A DNA stretch of 64,000 nucleotides from Thermoleophilia bacterium (GCA_027493445.1 JAOSKU010000001.1:1803936-1867935), one strand, 5' to 3'. Counted from the stretch's first letter, positions 1-10,717 are shown. Notes: generated from the sequence alone by a model not told the origin. Numbers and translations are program-made.

Positions 1-1276
1 CGAGGTAGCCTTCCGCCGCCTGCCGCCATGAGAAGAGTCGCGCAACCAACTGCTGCGCCTTGTCGGCCTTCTGCGCCGCCGCGCTCGATCCTACCAGGCT
101 GATGACGCACCGGGCCAGGTCGTCGGCATCCTGGGGGTCGAATAGCCACGCGTTCCCCTCGATGCGCCCGAACTCTTCCTCCAAGGACGGGATCCTGGCG
201 AAAGCCACTGGGCAGCCGACCTGCATCGCCTCCCGCCCGGGGAAGCTGCCGGCTTCGTAGAGCGATGGGACGATCAAAGCCGTAGCGAGCCGGTAGAGCG
301 CCGCCAGGTCCCGGTCGCTCACGAAACCGAGCCCTAACACGTCGCGACCATTCCGCAAACCGACGCGCTCGACCGCGCAGACGAGGCTTTGCGCGTAGCT
401 CGTACGGCGGGCGGAGAAGTCGGGCTGAAGCATGTCGGTGTTCGGCCCTACGCAAACCAACCCAAGATCGGGAATCACATCCCGTAGCGATCCCAAGGCC
501 TCGAGTACGACCCGCTGGTTCTTGTGAGAAACGAGCCAACCCACCACAAGAAGAAAGCGAGGCGGAAGCCGGTGTCGCAACCGGCAGCTGTCGAGCTCTG
601 CGGGAGTAGGAGCGGGGCCGGATCCCGGGATGCCCAGGGGTACAACGTGCACCTTCCCACGGGATGAGGGGTAGTACTCGCAGGCCTCCTTGGCGACGGT
701 CTCACTAGAGACGACGATGCCTCGACTCATGGCCATCCAGCCGGGCATCTCGCGTTCGATGCGGCGGCGTGTCCGCGGCTCCAGCGTGTCGAAGTGCTTG
801 AAGTTGAAGTCGTGCGGCGTGCACACGATGGGCTGCTCAAGCGCGGGCACCCGCATGAGGTAGGGGTAGCTGAAGTAAGCCACGTCGAAATCCCCCTGGC
901 GACAGGTCCTCTCCACCAACACTCGAGGGTCGCCCGCAAACTCCTTCGCCCACCGCATACCGCTGCGAGAAACGACGTCGGGGACGGCCCGCAGCAACCG
1001 CCCAGATCCCGGGATGCCCAGAACGCGACCCTTCAGGCGCAGTCCAGAGAGACGCCCGCTGCCCGCGGGTTTGAGGAAGTCGACACGTAGGTTCGAAGCG
1101 GCGACATCCACCGGCCAGGTGACAACCCGGCCATCGGAACCGTGTTCGCCGAGAAGGACCAGGATCTCCCAGGCGGCCGCCCGGGGGGTCTCGAGCAGCC
1201 CGCCGACGAGTCCGTGAAGGAAGCGCTCGACCCCTCCGGAGCTGACGACGTGATCGATGATGGCCAGTCGGGGCAT
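1..1276 (-). CDS. Glycosyltransferase family 4 (GT-B), runs off the left edge of the window
   Basis: Not in the ORF track because it has no stop. Manual translation from ATG at 1276: MPRLAIIDHVVSSGGVERF...PIVCTPHDFNFKHF...VGWLVSHKNQ...LYRLATALIVPSLYEAGSFPGREAMQVGCPV, with the GT4 HD, HKN and E-x7-E motifs. Confidence 0.85.
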   Translation of the reverse strand, partial: MPRLAIIDHVVSSGGVERFLHGLVGGLLETPRAAAWEILVLLGEHGSDGRVVTWPVDVAASNLRVDFLKPAGSGRLSGLRLKGRVLGIPGSGRLLRAVPDVVSRSGMRWAKEFAGDPRVLVERTCRQGDFDVAYFSYPYLMRVPALEQPIVCTPHDFNFKHFDTLEPRTRRRIEREMPGWMAMSRGIVVSSETVAKEACEYYPSSRGKVHVVPLGIPGSGPAPTPAELDSCRLRHRLPPRFLLVVGWLVSHKNQRVVLEALGSLRDVIPDLGLVCVGPNTDMLQPDFSARRTSYAQSLVCAVERVGLRNGRDVLGLGFVSDRDLAALYRLATALIVPSLYEAGSFPGREAMQVGCPVAFARIPSLEEEFGRIEGNAWLFDPQDADDLARCVISLVGSSAAAQKADKAQQLVARLFSWRQAAEGYL

Positions 1277-1291
1277 ACCGAAAGTGTCGCC

Positions 1292-2079
1292 CTAACGTAG
1301 ACGCACGGCCACGGCCACACCAGGGGGGTCCTGCGTGTACTCGAAGAATCGGAACTCCGGATGCTCGTCCCGAACGACATGCCACACGCCCAGGAGGTCC
1401 ACCCACCCGTGGGGATCGTGGCCCAGCTCCGCTCGCATGGCCTCCTCGTCGACGATCTCTGGCGATGGGGCGATGTCGTCGAAGACGACAGCGCCTCCCA
1501 AGGCGCAATGCGGCATCACAGCATCGAGATCCTGATACGCGCCCAGGAGCGAGTGATCGCCGTCGACCAGGATCAGGTCAAACGTATCGGGGTGAGGCAC
1601 CTCCCGCCGCAGCAGCCTGTTGACCAGGCCGCTCGGCCCCCGCTGAAGAAGTTGGGCAAGGTCTCGTGGCTGTTGCCGCTGATGAAACGCGGCTTCTTGC
1701 CCTTGGAGACCCTCTGGAGCTCGCGTTCGACGAAGCGCGGTCCGGGGTTGTCCACCCCTGCGTAGCCCGGCACCCACATGTCAAAACCGAACAACTCCGC
1801 CTCGGGCGCCCGGGCAGCGACGGTCACCATGGAGAAGCCGCGACGGACGCCGATCTCCAGGTAATTGGCGGGCTGGATTTCTCGAGCGAGCCAGGAGATG
1901 AAGCACCGCGTCTCGACGTGTCCCTTCTCGAGCTGCGCCAGCGCCAGCTTGGTCCACTTGGGGTCTGGAGAGAGCCTGCGGAAAACATCCATCACAAACG
2001 ACACGTTCTCCGTTTCCGACACGGCCGCGAGAAGCTGATCGTCCGAGACCTCGGCCCAGAAGCGCGTATCCACTGCCAC
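1292..2079 (-). CDS. Class I SAM-dependent methyltransferase (Methyltransf_24-like), frameshifted near 1600-1640
   Basis: N-half YLEIGVRRGFS (ORF 1573..2079) and C-half FDLILVDGDHS...GGAVVFDD (ORF 1292..1777) lie in different frames. Confidence 0.8.
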
Positions 2080-2091
2080 TTGGTCCTCCCG

Positions 2092-3339
2092 TCAGTCCTC
2101 GATACCATCGTCCGACTCGTCGCCGGACTCGAAGCTCCACTCGCACGGAACGTCGATGAGGCCTCCCACCTGGGGTCCTTCGACCTGTAGCATCAGTCGC
2201 TCTGAGTCCACGAGCTCGTCCACGTCGCTGGAGCTCACGAACACCCTGAACCACAATGTGTACACGCCGGTCCTCAAGGACGCGCGAGGAAAGCGCACTG
2301 TCACGCGATGCAGCCCTGGGCGGAACGTCGGGTACAGCCTCTGCACGTCGGTGCGCACATGGACCATATACCGCCCCTCGACGTCCTCGACGACGCAGTT
2401 CACGTAGGCCCGCTCGAGCAGGCGGTCCGTTTCCAGCTCCATCACCGCTTCGAGCGGGCTGTCCGACGTGAGCACGTAACCTCCCGGCACCTGCACGCTG
2501 GTGATGCGGACGCCCGCCATGCCGGTCGAGACACCGGCCTGCGTCTCGCGGAGCAGCTCGTGATAATGGTGAATGGCCTCGGCCACTGGAGCCATCGTGA
2601 CGAGCCTCCCCCCATCGAGGACGATCCCGGTGTCGCACAGGTTCTGGATGGCCGCCATGTTATGGCTCACGAAGAGCACGGTCCGCCCTTCATGGGCCAC
2701 CTCGCCCATCTTGCCCAAGCACTTCTTCTGGAAGTCGATGTCCCCAACCGCCAGGACCTCGTCGACCAGCAGGATTTCGGGCTCCAGGTGAGCCGCAACC
2801 GCGAAGGCCAGACGCACGTACATCCCGCTCGAGTAGCGCTTGACCGGTGTGTCGATGAAGCGCGAGATCTCGGCGAAGTCGACGATGGCATCGAATTGAC
2901 GCTGGATCTCGGCCTTCCTCATGCCCAGGATGGCTCCGTTCAGGAAGATGTTCTCCCGGCCGGTAAGCTCGGGGTGGAAACCTGTGCCCACCTCGAGAAG
3001 GGCGCCCACGCGCCCGAAGAGATCGGCGTAACCTTCGGTGGGCTCGGTGATACGGGAGAGGATCTTGAGGAGCGTGCTCTTACCCGCTCCGTTGCGACCG
3101 ATGATGCCCACCGCTTCGCCCTGCGGCACCGCGAAGGAGACGTCGCGGAGAGCCCAGGTAGTGGGAGCCTGCACTCGAATCCCTGCGTTGCCTGCAAGCA
3201 CCCCTGCGGCGCGCCGGACCGGCCTCTTGACCGCCCCGATGAGTGACTCGCGGGCAGTCCTGTACCTCTCTGCGGGCCGCCCCAGGCGGTATTGCTTGGA
3301 GAGGGAGCTCGCGATGACGGCCGCGTACTCCGTACTCAT
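2092..3339 (-). CDS. wzt: Polysaccharide ABC exporter ATP-binding subunit with C-terminal extension (Wzt_C-like)
   Basis: GRNGAGKST, YSSGM and ILLVDEVLAVGD motifs; start MSTEY at 3339 overlaps the wzm stop. Confidence 0.92.
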   Translation of the reverse strand: MSTEYAAVIASSLSKQYRLGRPAERYRTARESLIGAVKRPVRRAAGVLAGNAGIRVQAPTTWALRDVSFAVPQGEAVGIIGRNGAGKSTLLKILSRITEPTEGYADLFGRVGALLEVGTGFHPELTGRENIFLNGAILGMRKAEIQRQFDAIVDFAEISRFIDTPVKRYSSGMYVRLAFAVAAHLEPEILLVDEVLAVGDIDFQKKCLGKMGEVAHEGRTVLFVSHNMAAIQNLCDTGIVLDGGRLVTMAPVAEAIHHYHELLRETQAGVSTGMAGVRITSVQVPGGYVLTSDSPLEAVMELETDRLLERAYVNCVVEDVEGRYMVHVRTDVQRLYPTFRPGLHRVTVRFPRASLRTGVYTLWFRVFVSSSDVDELVDSERLMLQVEGPQVGGLIDVPCEWSFESGDESDDGIED

Positions 3340-4211
3340 ACCACGTCCGCGAAGGTCCGCTCCATGCGGCGGAAGTACACGGCCCCGCTGAACAGCAAAG
3401 CCAAGGCGACCGCCGCCGAGACGAGCACCATGGGACCCGGGCGCGACTGGGTGCCCAGAAGGGCCCAACGGAAACCCTCAACCACGCCGACCATGGGGTT
3501 CACTCCGTAGACGGTCCGCCAGGGCTCGCCCAGAAGGCTGCTGGGATAGGCGATGGGCGTGGCGAACAGCCAGAGCTGGGTCAGAAACGGGACAGTGTAG
3601 CGCACGTCGCGGTACTGAACGTTGAGGGCAGAGAGCCACAGCCCGACGCCCAGTGATGTCGCCAGGGCAAGGAGCAAGAAGGCCGGCAGCCACAGCAACC
3701 GTGTCGTCGGTAGGAGACCATAGGCCACGATCATCACCACCAGGACCCCGAAGGCCAGGAGGAAGTCGACTAGGCCGGAGAGCACGGTCGCGATAGGCAC
3801 CACTAACCGGGGGAAATACACCTTCGTGATGATGTTCTGGCTTGCGACGAGGCTCTCCGTGGACTGACCGAGCCCGTAGGCGAAGAATGTCCAAGGAACC
3901 AATGCGCAGAAGGCGAACACTGGGTAGGGCGCCCCTTCCGACGAGATGCCGGCTAGACGCCCGAAGAAGAGGCTGAAGATCAGCATCGTAAAGACGGGCT
4001 GCAGCACCGCCCAGGCCACCCCGAAGGCGGTCTGCTTGTAGCGGACCTTGATGTCACGCCAGGCGAGGAAGTAGAGGAGCTCGCGATACTCCCATAGGTC
4101 TCTGAGGTTTAGCGCAGCCCGACCGGTGGTCGGGCGCACGCGGGTGACGCGGATAGGAGGAATGGACAGGTTCAGTCGGACACCTAGGTCGTGGTTCTCT
4201 TGGGCATCCAT
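3336..4211 (-). CDS. wzm: Polysaccharide ABC exporter permease
   Basis: LWEYRELLYFLAWRDIKVRYKQT, IITKVYFPR and NPM motifs; hydrophobic; start taken as MDAQE. Confidence 0.9.
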   Translation of the reverse strand: MDAQENHDLGVRLNLSIPPIRVTRVRPTTGRAALNLRDLWEYRELLYFLAWRDIKVRYKQTAFGVAWAVLQPVFTMLIFSLFFGRLAGISSEGAPYPVFAFCALVPWTFFAYGLGQSTESLVASQNIITKVYFPRLVVPIATVLSGLVDFLLAFGVLVVMIVAYGLLPTTRLLWLPAFLLLALATSLGVGLWLSALNVQYRDVRYTVPFLTQLWLFATPIAYPSSLLGEPWRTVYGVNPMVGVVEGFRWALLGTQSRPGPMVLVSAAVALALLFSGAVYFRRMERTFADVV

Positions 4212-4361
4212 CCGACCTTGCTTTCCCCGTCGCTGGACCGGAGCGTAGTATACACGAGTGCCATGCTCGCACGCCGTCACCCCCGGGTCTATGGCAGGCA
4301 CGCGAGAAGTAGAGAAGCTTGCGGTTAGGGTAGAACCCACGAGCCGAGAGGATAGCCTCAG

Positions 4362-5481
4362 GTGAGAGACATACCTGTCGCATCAGCCGATCTTAGCGGT
4401 AACGAGGAGCGCTACGCGGTGGAGGCCATCCGCAGCTCGTGGGTCTCTTCCACGGGCGACTTCGTCACACGCTTCGAGAAAGACTTCGCCGCCCTTTGTG
4501 GTACCCGCTCGGCCATCGGTGTCTGCAACGGCACTATCGCCCTGCACCTAGCCCTCCTGGCCCTCGACGTGCGGCCCGGAGACGAGGTGCTGGTGCCCGC
4601 CCTCACCTATATTGCTACCGCCAACGCCGTGCGGTACGTGGGCGCCGAACCCGTGTTTGTCGATGTCGACCCCGAAACCTGGTGCATCGATCCCGAGAGA
4701 CTCGAGCCGGCCATGACCCGCCGAACCCGGGGCATCATCCCGGTGCACCTCTACGGGCATCCGGCCGATATGGACGCCATCAATCACATCGCCGCGATCC
4801 ACGGGCTCTGGGTGATCGAAGACGCAGCCGAGGCCCACCTCGCGCACTACAAAGGGCGACCCGTCGGTGGACTTGCACGGATGGGCACGTTTTCCTTCTA
4901 TGGAAACAAGATCTTCACCTGCGGCGAAGGCGGGGCGGTCACCGTCAACGACCCCCACCTGGAAAAGCGCACGCGCACCTTGAGGGGCCAAGGGGTCGAT
5001 CCCACTCGGCGCTACTACTTCCCCGTGACGGGTTATAACTTTCGGTTGACGAACCTTGCCAGCGCCCTTCTCTGTGCCCAGCTCGAGCGGCACGAATCAA
5101 TAATCGCCCGGCGCAAAGAGATCTTCCTCCTCTACCGAGAGCAGCTGGCCGAGATCCCCGGCATCGACTTCCAGCCTCGGGCCTCCTGGGCGGAGCCCGC
5201 TCCCTGGCTCTTTTGCATCACCGCCAACGCCGACCGCTTCGGGCGCACCCGCGACGAGCTCATGGACATGCTGGCCGAGCAGCAGATCGACACACGGCCC
5301 TTTTTTGTTCCCCTGCACACTCTCCCCCTTCAGGGAGGAGTCGCTCCGTCGTGGCGACGAGCTCCCCGTGACGGTCGTCCTCGGCGCCTCGGGGCTCAAC
5401 CTGCCCACCTACAGCCAGATGAGCGACAGCGACGTCGAACGGGTGTGCGCCGCGATCCGGAAGGCGGCCCGTGCCTCGTGA
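4362..5481 (+). CDS. DegT/DnrJ/EryC1/StrS sugar aminotransferase (perosamine-synthase-like), frameshift at ~5325
   Basis: IEDAAEAH, FSFYGNKIFTCGEGG and GYNFRL motifs; the true C-terminus (LNLPTYSQMSDSDVERVCAAIR*) is in another frame after the ctccccctt run, with stop at 5479-5481. Confidence 0.88.
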
Positions 5482-5504
5482 TCGTGCACGGGGAAGCCTG
5501 CAAC

Positions 5505-6188
5505 ATGCCCGGCCTTTGGCCCCTCGACGCGCCCGTAGTGATCGTTGGAGCCGGCGGGTTTGCCCGCGAAGTGCTGGGTATTTGCTACGACTTGGGTGTG
5601 GACAACCGCGTCGCCGGCTTCATCGATAGGCAGGACGTATCCCACCCAGACTTGCTCGACGGCAAGCCGATATTGGGCAACGACGGCTGGCTCGCCGCCC
5701 AAACCGAGTCCCGTCTCCGCTTCATCGTGGGGATTGGAGACAACCCGCTCCGCCTGCGCATTGCCCGACGGCTAGAGGCGGCCGGCCTGCATCCCGCCAC
5801 CGTGATCTCCCCGCGTGCGATCGTCTCCCGGTTCGCCTGCATCCATCCCGGCTCCATGATCTGCGCGGGCGTCATCGTGAACACCAACGTCACGGTGGGC
5901 GCACACTCGATCGTGAATCTCAACTGCACCCTCGGGCACGATTCGATACTGGAGCCTTTCGTCAACCTCGCCCCTGGGGTAAACGTTTCAGGGTACGTCA
6001 CTCTGCATGAAGGCGTGTATGTGGGCAGCGGCTCGGCCATCAACGAGCACCTGGAGATCGGCTCCTGGACCATCATCGGGTCCATGGCCGCGGTCAACCG
6101 TGACCTACCGGCCAATGTGACCGCTGTGGGGGTTCCAGCAAAGCCCATCAGGACCCGGCCCGCCGGGTGGCAGCTCGGCGGCTCGTGA
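5505..6188 (+). CDS. PglD/NeuD-type sugar N/O-acetyltransferase (hexapeptide repeat)
   Basis: VVIVGAGGFARE, GIGDNPLR, LGHD, left-handed beta-helix repeats and VGVPAKP; start could be GTG at 5478. Confidence 0.85.
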   Translation: MPGLWPLDAPVVIVGAGGFAREVLGICYDLGVDNRVAGFIDRQDVSHPDLLDGKPILGNDGWLAAQTESRLRFIVGIGDNPLRLRIARRLEAAGLHPATVISPRAIVSRFACIHPGSMICAGVIVNTNVTVGAHSIVNLNCTLGHDSILEPFVNLAPGVNVSGYVTLHEGVYVGSGSAINEHLEIGSWTIIGSMAAVNRDLPANVTAVGVPAKPIRTRPAGWQLGGS

Positions 6189-7396
6189 GAACCCTCGCCG
6201 TCTGGACCGACCCACCGTTCAGTTCCCCTTCCGGGGGGGTCGTGACCTCGGCCGAGAGCCTTATGGCCGGTCTGGCGGCCTACGCGCCCTGGGACTGGCG
6301 GGTCACCTACGCGCCCTCAGGCACGTGGTGGTTCCGCTCACTCGTGGCAAACCGCTCCGCGCGCAGCGCCGTGGTGCGGGTGGGACCACCAGGCATCTCT
6401 GGACTGCGAGCGGTGGCAGAGAATCTGGTGGGCCCGGTGGGTCGGCGACTGATCGGGGCCGCTGAGCGGATTGCGCGGACCCCAGCCGAGATCCTCCTGG
6501 CCCCGCACGTCTTCAACACTTTTACGCCCATTGGCCCGCACCCTTACGTGGCTCTGACCCCCAACGACTTCCAGCACAGGCGATTCCCCGAAAACTTCAC
6601 GCCATCGGAGCTGCGTCGCCGCATTCGGCTGTACGAGCACGCCGTCTCGCGCGCCGATCTCGTGATCACGGGCAGCCGGGCGACCCATGTCGACCTCCTC
6701 CACTTCCACCCCCAAGCCGCCGACAAGGCGTGGCTGTGGCGTTTTCCGGCCCCCGCCGATCTTCGGGTTCCGAGCGACACCGAGGTGATCCTGGCCAGGC
6801 GCCTGCTGCCCCGCGCAGCAGCCTCGCACACCATCATCTACCCGGCCCAGCTGTGGCCCCACAAGAACCACGCTACGTTGATCCGAGCGGTGGCACTACT
6901 GAGGAGCGAGCGGCGGTTGGAGGTATCGCTGGTCCTGACCGGCGCCGGACCCCAGCTTGGACCGCTACAAGACCTGTCGCGGCAACTGGGCGCGCAGGAT
7001 GCGGTCCACTTCGTGGGCAACGTGCCCCGGGGCGTGCTCTTTGCCCTGCTGGCATCGACCGATCTCGTGGCCGTGCCATCTCTCTTCGAGCAAGCCTCGT
7101 ATCCCCTTGTGGAAGCCGGCTGGTTCCAGAAGCCCATTCTGGCAGCCGATATCGTTTCGCTACGCGAGGAGCTGGCCGGCCACGAGCTGGCGCTTGTTCC
7201 CGGCGAGGATCCTCAGGCGTGGGCAGACGCCATAGAGCAAGCATTCGAAGACGACGCTCGCGCTGGCCAGCTGAGAGAGGCGGGCAGAGCCGTCCTGGCC
7301 CGACACGACCTCGCTATCCAAGCGGGCGAGTTCTGGCGGTACATGCTGCAGAAACTGAACGACACGCGCAGAGCCGGTCTGAGCTACCGCCGTTAG
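6185..7396 (+). CDS. Glycosyltransferase family 4
   Basis: DFQHRRFPENF, IIYPAQLWPHKNH and VPSLFEQASYPLVEA motifs; GTGA overlap with the upstream stop. Confidence 0.85.
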   Translation: MRTLAVWTDPPFSSPSGGVVTSAESLMAGLAAYAPWDWRVTYAPSGTWWFRSLVANRSARSAVVRVGPPGISGLRAVAENLVGPVGRRLIGAAERIARTPAEILLAPHVFNTFTPIGPHPYVALTPNDFQHRRFPENFTPSELRRRIRLYEHAVSRADLVITGSRATHVDLLHFHPQAADKAWLWRFPAPADLRVPSDTEVILARRLLPRAAASHTIIYPAQLWPHKNHATLIRAVALLRSERRLEVSLVLTGAGPQLGPLQDLSRQLGAQDAVHFVGNVPRGVLFALLASTDLVAVPSLFEQASYPLVEAGWFQKPILAADIVSLREELAGHELALVPGEDPQAWADAIEQAFEDDARAGQLREAGRAVLARHDLAIQAGEFWRYMLQKLNDTRRAGLSYRR

Positions 7397-7657
7397 AGGC
7401 CGCCTGGACCCGGCGGTGGCCACGGCCCCGAGGGTGGCGTGTGGCGCAACCGATTCCGCCACCCGGAGTGGCTGGCATGCCGAACCGGAAAGACCTGCCT
7501 CACCGCTTGCTTTCGCCTTCATTTGGGAAGACCCCCTCACCGGCGGGTCGGCGACCCGGAGAATTCATCGCGGAGCAGGGAGCCGCCTATGGTCGCACGC
7601 GCCCTGTAAGCACTGCACACGGATCAGCCCAATGAACCTGCACGAGGAGAGAGGGCA

Positions 7658-9889
7658 ATGGGGAGAATGGGGATCTGCGGCATGGCGGGCCGCGCGCTTC
7701 TGATTCTGGCCCTGGTCCTGCTTTGCATCGTCCCGGCGGCGGCGGCCGCCCCGGCGGCAGCGGGAATAGGCGGCGAACCCGACCTGAGCGGCAGGAGCGA
7801 CAACCGGCCTCACCCGCTTGGCGATCAGCAGGCGGAGCTGAAGGCGAAGGCGCTCGAGGCCAAGCTCAGCGGCAAAGCGTACGGCAAGACGCACGAAGTG
7901 GCCCGCGGCCAGTTCGTCGAGCTTACCCGGGAGGGCGAGGACTCGATCTGGACCGTACTGGGCGAGTTCAGCGACTTCCCGCACAACAACGTCGCCCAGC
8001 CCGACCGCGCCTTCGACAACTCCACCATCTGGACGCCGGACTTCAGCCGCGACTACTACCTGGACCTGCTGTTCGCAGAAGGGTCCGGCGCCAATTCGAT
8101 GCGCAACTTCTACATCGAACAGTCGTCGAATCGCTACACGGTCAACGGCGACGTGACCGACTGGATTCCCGTTCCGGGGACGGCCGCGTCCTACGACGAC
8201 TCACCGGACGCCAATGTCTGGAACTTCCTGCAAGACAGCATCGACGGCTGGTACGCGTCTCGACTGGCGGCGGGCATGAGCGCCGCGGACATCGACGCCT
8301 ACCTGAACCGGTTCGATACCTGGGACCGTTACGACTGGGACGGCGACGGCAACTTCAACGAGTCCGACGGCTACATCGACCACTTCCAGTCCGTCCACGC
8401 TGGTGAGGGCGAGGAGGCCGGCGGCGGGACCTTGGGCGCGGCGGCCATCTGGAGTCACCGCTGGTACGCCAACTTCGGAGGCATCGGCAGCGTGGGACCA
8501 TCCCCCGACTACCTACTTGGCGGCCTGCGGATCGGCGGCAGCAGTTACTGGATCGGCGACTACACCATCGAGCCGGAGAACGGCGGGGTGGGCGTGTTCG
8601 CCCACGAGTTCGGCCACGATCTCGGTCTGCCCGACCTGTACGCCACGCAGGGAGGGGAGAACTCCACCGCCTTCTGGACCTTGATGTCTTCCGGCTCCTG
8701 GCTCAGCGACGGCACCCAGGACCTCGGCTCGAAGCCCGGGCACATGGGCGCCTGGGAGAAGTTCCAGCTCGGCTGGCTGAACTATGAGGTCGCCCGCGCC
8801 GGCCAGAGGTCCCAGCACAAGCTCGGCCCGGCCGAGACAACCACGAAGCAGGCGCAGGGACTGTTCGTGATCCTGCCGATGAAGGAAGTCACCACGAACA
8901 TCGGCAGTCCCTACAGCGGCGACCACTTCTACTACAGCGGCTCCGGAGACAACCTCGACAACTTCATGTACAAGCAGTTCGATCTGGCCGCCGGATCGTC
9001 CCTGACCGCAATGGTCGACTACCAGATCGAGAACGATTGGGACTACGCCTACGTGGTGGTGTCCACCGACGGCGGCGCCACTTGGACAAGCGTGCAGACT
9101 ACCGAATCGACCAGCACCAACCCCAACGGTCAGAACCTCGGCTACGGCATCACCGGCAGCTCCGGGGGTTGGGTCGCCCTGGCCGCCGACCTCTCGGCCT
9201 ACACGGGTGACGTGCTCCTGGGCTTCCGCTACTGGACCGACGCCGCGGTGGTGGAGCGCGGGCTCATGATCGACGACATACTGATCACCGGGTACGCGCC
9301 CGATGGCGCCGAAGCCGACGCGGGCTGGACCTTCGCGGGCTTCCGGGTTTCAACCGGCACCGAGACCGGCCTGTTCAGCAACTACTACGTGGCTGAGTAC
9401 CGCCAGTACCGGGGCTACGACGCGGGTTTGCGGAACGCCTACAACTTCGGCTTCCTGAACGATCAGGCGCGGCAGAACTGGGTCGAGCGGTTCCCCTACC
9501 AGGACGGCCTGCTCATCAGCTACTGGGATACCTCCCAGGCCGACAACAACACTCCGCAACATCCCGGCCGGGGCCTGCTCCTACCCATCGACGCCCACCC
9601 GGAGGTCATGATGCGCCCCGACGCCGGCGTGTGGCGCAACCGGGTGCAGGCCTTCGATTCCACCTTCGCACTGGATCCGACCGACGCGATCACGCTGCAC
9701 TGGTGGGGCGAGCCGTCGTACTTCGCGAGCCAGAAGGCGGTCCCGGTCTTCGATGACCGAACGCAGTACTACCGGCCTGCGAATCCGTGGGGAGGCGTCA
9801 TCAACCCCAACACCGGAACACAGGTCACAATCAGAAGCATCAGCACCCTCGGCAACTTCATGCAGGTCGAGGTTCGTCCGGCGAAGTAA
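7658..9889 (+). CDS. Secreted immune inhibitor A-type (M6 family) zinc metalloprotease
   Basis: Signal peptide; HEFGHDLGLPDLY zinc motif; SMRNFYIEQS and IENDWDY motifs typical of InhA. Confidence 0.9.
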   Translation: MGRMGICGMAGRALLILALVLLCIVPAAAAAPAAAGIGGEPDLSGRSDNRPHPLGDQQAELKAKALEAKLSGKAYGKTHEVARGQFVELTREGEDSIWTVLGEFSDFPHNNVAQPDRAFDNSTIWTPDFSRDYYLDLLFAEGSGANSMRNFYIEQSSNRYTVNGDVTDWIPVPGTAASYDDSPDANVWNFLQDSIDGWYASRLAAGMSAADIDAYLNRFDTWDRYDWDGDGNFNESDGYIDHFQSVHAGEGEEAGGGTLGAAAIWSHRWYANFGGIGSVGPSPDYLLGGLRIGGSSYWIGDYTIEPENGGVGVFAHEFGHDLGLPDLYATQGGENSTAFWTLMSSGSWLSDGTQDLGSKPGHMGAWEKFQLGWLNYEVARAGQRSQHKLGPAETTTKQAQGLFVILPMKEVTTNIGSPYSGDHFYYSGSGDNLDNFMYKQFDLAAGSSLTAMVDYQIENDWDYAYVVVSTDGGATWTSVQTTESTSTNPNGQNLGYGITGSSGGWVALAADLSAYTGDVLLGFRYWTDAAVVERGLMIDDILITGYAPDGAEADAGWTFAGFRVSTGTETGLFSNYYVAEYRQYRGYDAGLRNAYNFGFLNDQARQNWVERFPYQDGLLISYWDTSQADNNTPQHPGRGLLLPIDAHPEVMMRPDAGVWRNRVQAFDSTFALDPTDAITLHWWGEPSYFASQKAVPVFDDRTQYYRPANPWGGVINPNTGTQVTIRSISTLGNFMQVEVRPAK

Positions 9890-9942
9890 AGACTCGAGCT
9901 TGGCGGACCGAACAACCGGCGTTCAAGCCACGGCCAGAGCCG

Positions 9943-9974
9943 AAGGGGCTCCCGGACACTTCCGGGAGCCCCTT
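9943..9974. terminator. Perfect 14-bp hairpin between convergent genes
   Basis: aaggggctcccgga-cact-tccgggagcccctt. Confidence 0.7.
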
Positions 9975-10083
9975 GCCGGTCGCGAAAGACCCGAGAGGGC
10001 CGCTGTTCACCGAGGCTCGGCGCCGCTCATCCGCGTGCAGCTGGTTGGGGAGGGCAGACTGGCCGCGCCCGCCCTAGGCCAGC

Positions 10084-10425
10084 TCAGACCCCCGGCAGCA
10101 ACTTCTTCAGCGACGTCCCCACCGAACCTCTGTCTTGTTCACTCAGCGCCCCGATAGACCTGAGGATGAAGCGGTGGTCGAGGGTGAAGAGCTTCATGCG
10201 CACCACCGAAGCAGCCTCGAGACCGGCCGACGGGAGATCGTCTATGGCCACATCGAGCGGCCACCGGGAGTTGCGGGCACTCGTGATCATGGCGAGGACG
10301 CTGTGCCCCACGAGCCCCCCCTGCTCCGCCGTGCTCGACAGGACGAGAGCGGGCCTGCGGCGAGCGCGCGGGCTGTCCGTGAAGGGGAAAGGCACGACCA
10401 CCACGGACCACGGCTCATAGTCCAC
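10084..10425 (-). CDS. mazF: PemK/MazF-family toxin
   Basis: VVVVPFPFTD...RRRPALVLS, MITS and SVVRMKLFTLD motifs; overlaps the antitoxin stop. Confidence 0.85.
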   Translation of the reverse strand: MDYEPWSVVVVPFPFTDSPRARRRPALVLSSTAEQGGLVGHSVLAMITSARNSRWPLDVAIDDLPSAGLEAASVVRMKLFTLDHRFILRSIGALSEQDRGSVGTSLKKLLPGV

Positions 10426-10633
10426 GATAGGCGTCCTCATCCTCGTGGGAGAGCCACTCCTCGAGGGTGCCCTCGAGAGACCGGGCGAACTCCAAATCGA
10501 GCGGGTCGGCCTTGCGCATCGTCACCTGGTCGCCTGTCACGAGAAAAGCAACGGAGTCGCCCTGCCGCAGCCCCAGCGCGGCCCGCACGGACGCCGGGAT
10601 GGTAGCCTGGTACTTCTTGGTCAGTCGACTCAT
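10415..10633 (-). CDS. AbrB/MazE/SpoVT-family antitoxin
   Basis: SRLTKKYQATIPASVRAALGLRQGDSVAF and an acidic tail EWLSHEDEDAY. Confidence 0.85.
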   Translation of the reverse strand: MSRLTKKYQATIPASVRAALGLRQGDSVAFLVTGDQVTMRKADPLDLEFARSLEGTLEEWLSHEDEDAYRGL

Positions 10634-10686
10634 GGCTGTTACTTCCTTGGAGCGCACGTCGATCACCTGGCCCTGGCCATCCATTG

Positions 10687-10717
10687 GTAATACAGTAATA
10701 CTATGCTACTGCATTAC
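10687..10717. promoter_or_regulatory. Inverted repeat, likely operator of the mazEF-like operon
   Basis: gtaatacagta-N9-tactgcattac (10/11 paired) in an AT-rich patch upstream of the antitoxin. Confidence 0.6.

Noticed and set aside
4362-6188. 608-aa aminotransferase-acetyltransferase fusion
   Set aside because: The canonical DegT C-terminus and stop are present in another frame after a C-run at ~5325, so these are two genes.
7397-7657. Possible riboswitch upstream of the M6 protease
   Set aside because: GC-rich stems are present but I could not recognise a consensus. It needs an Rfam scan.
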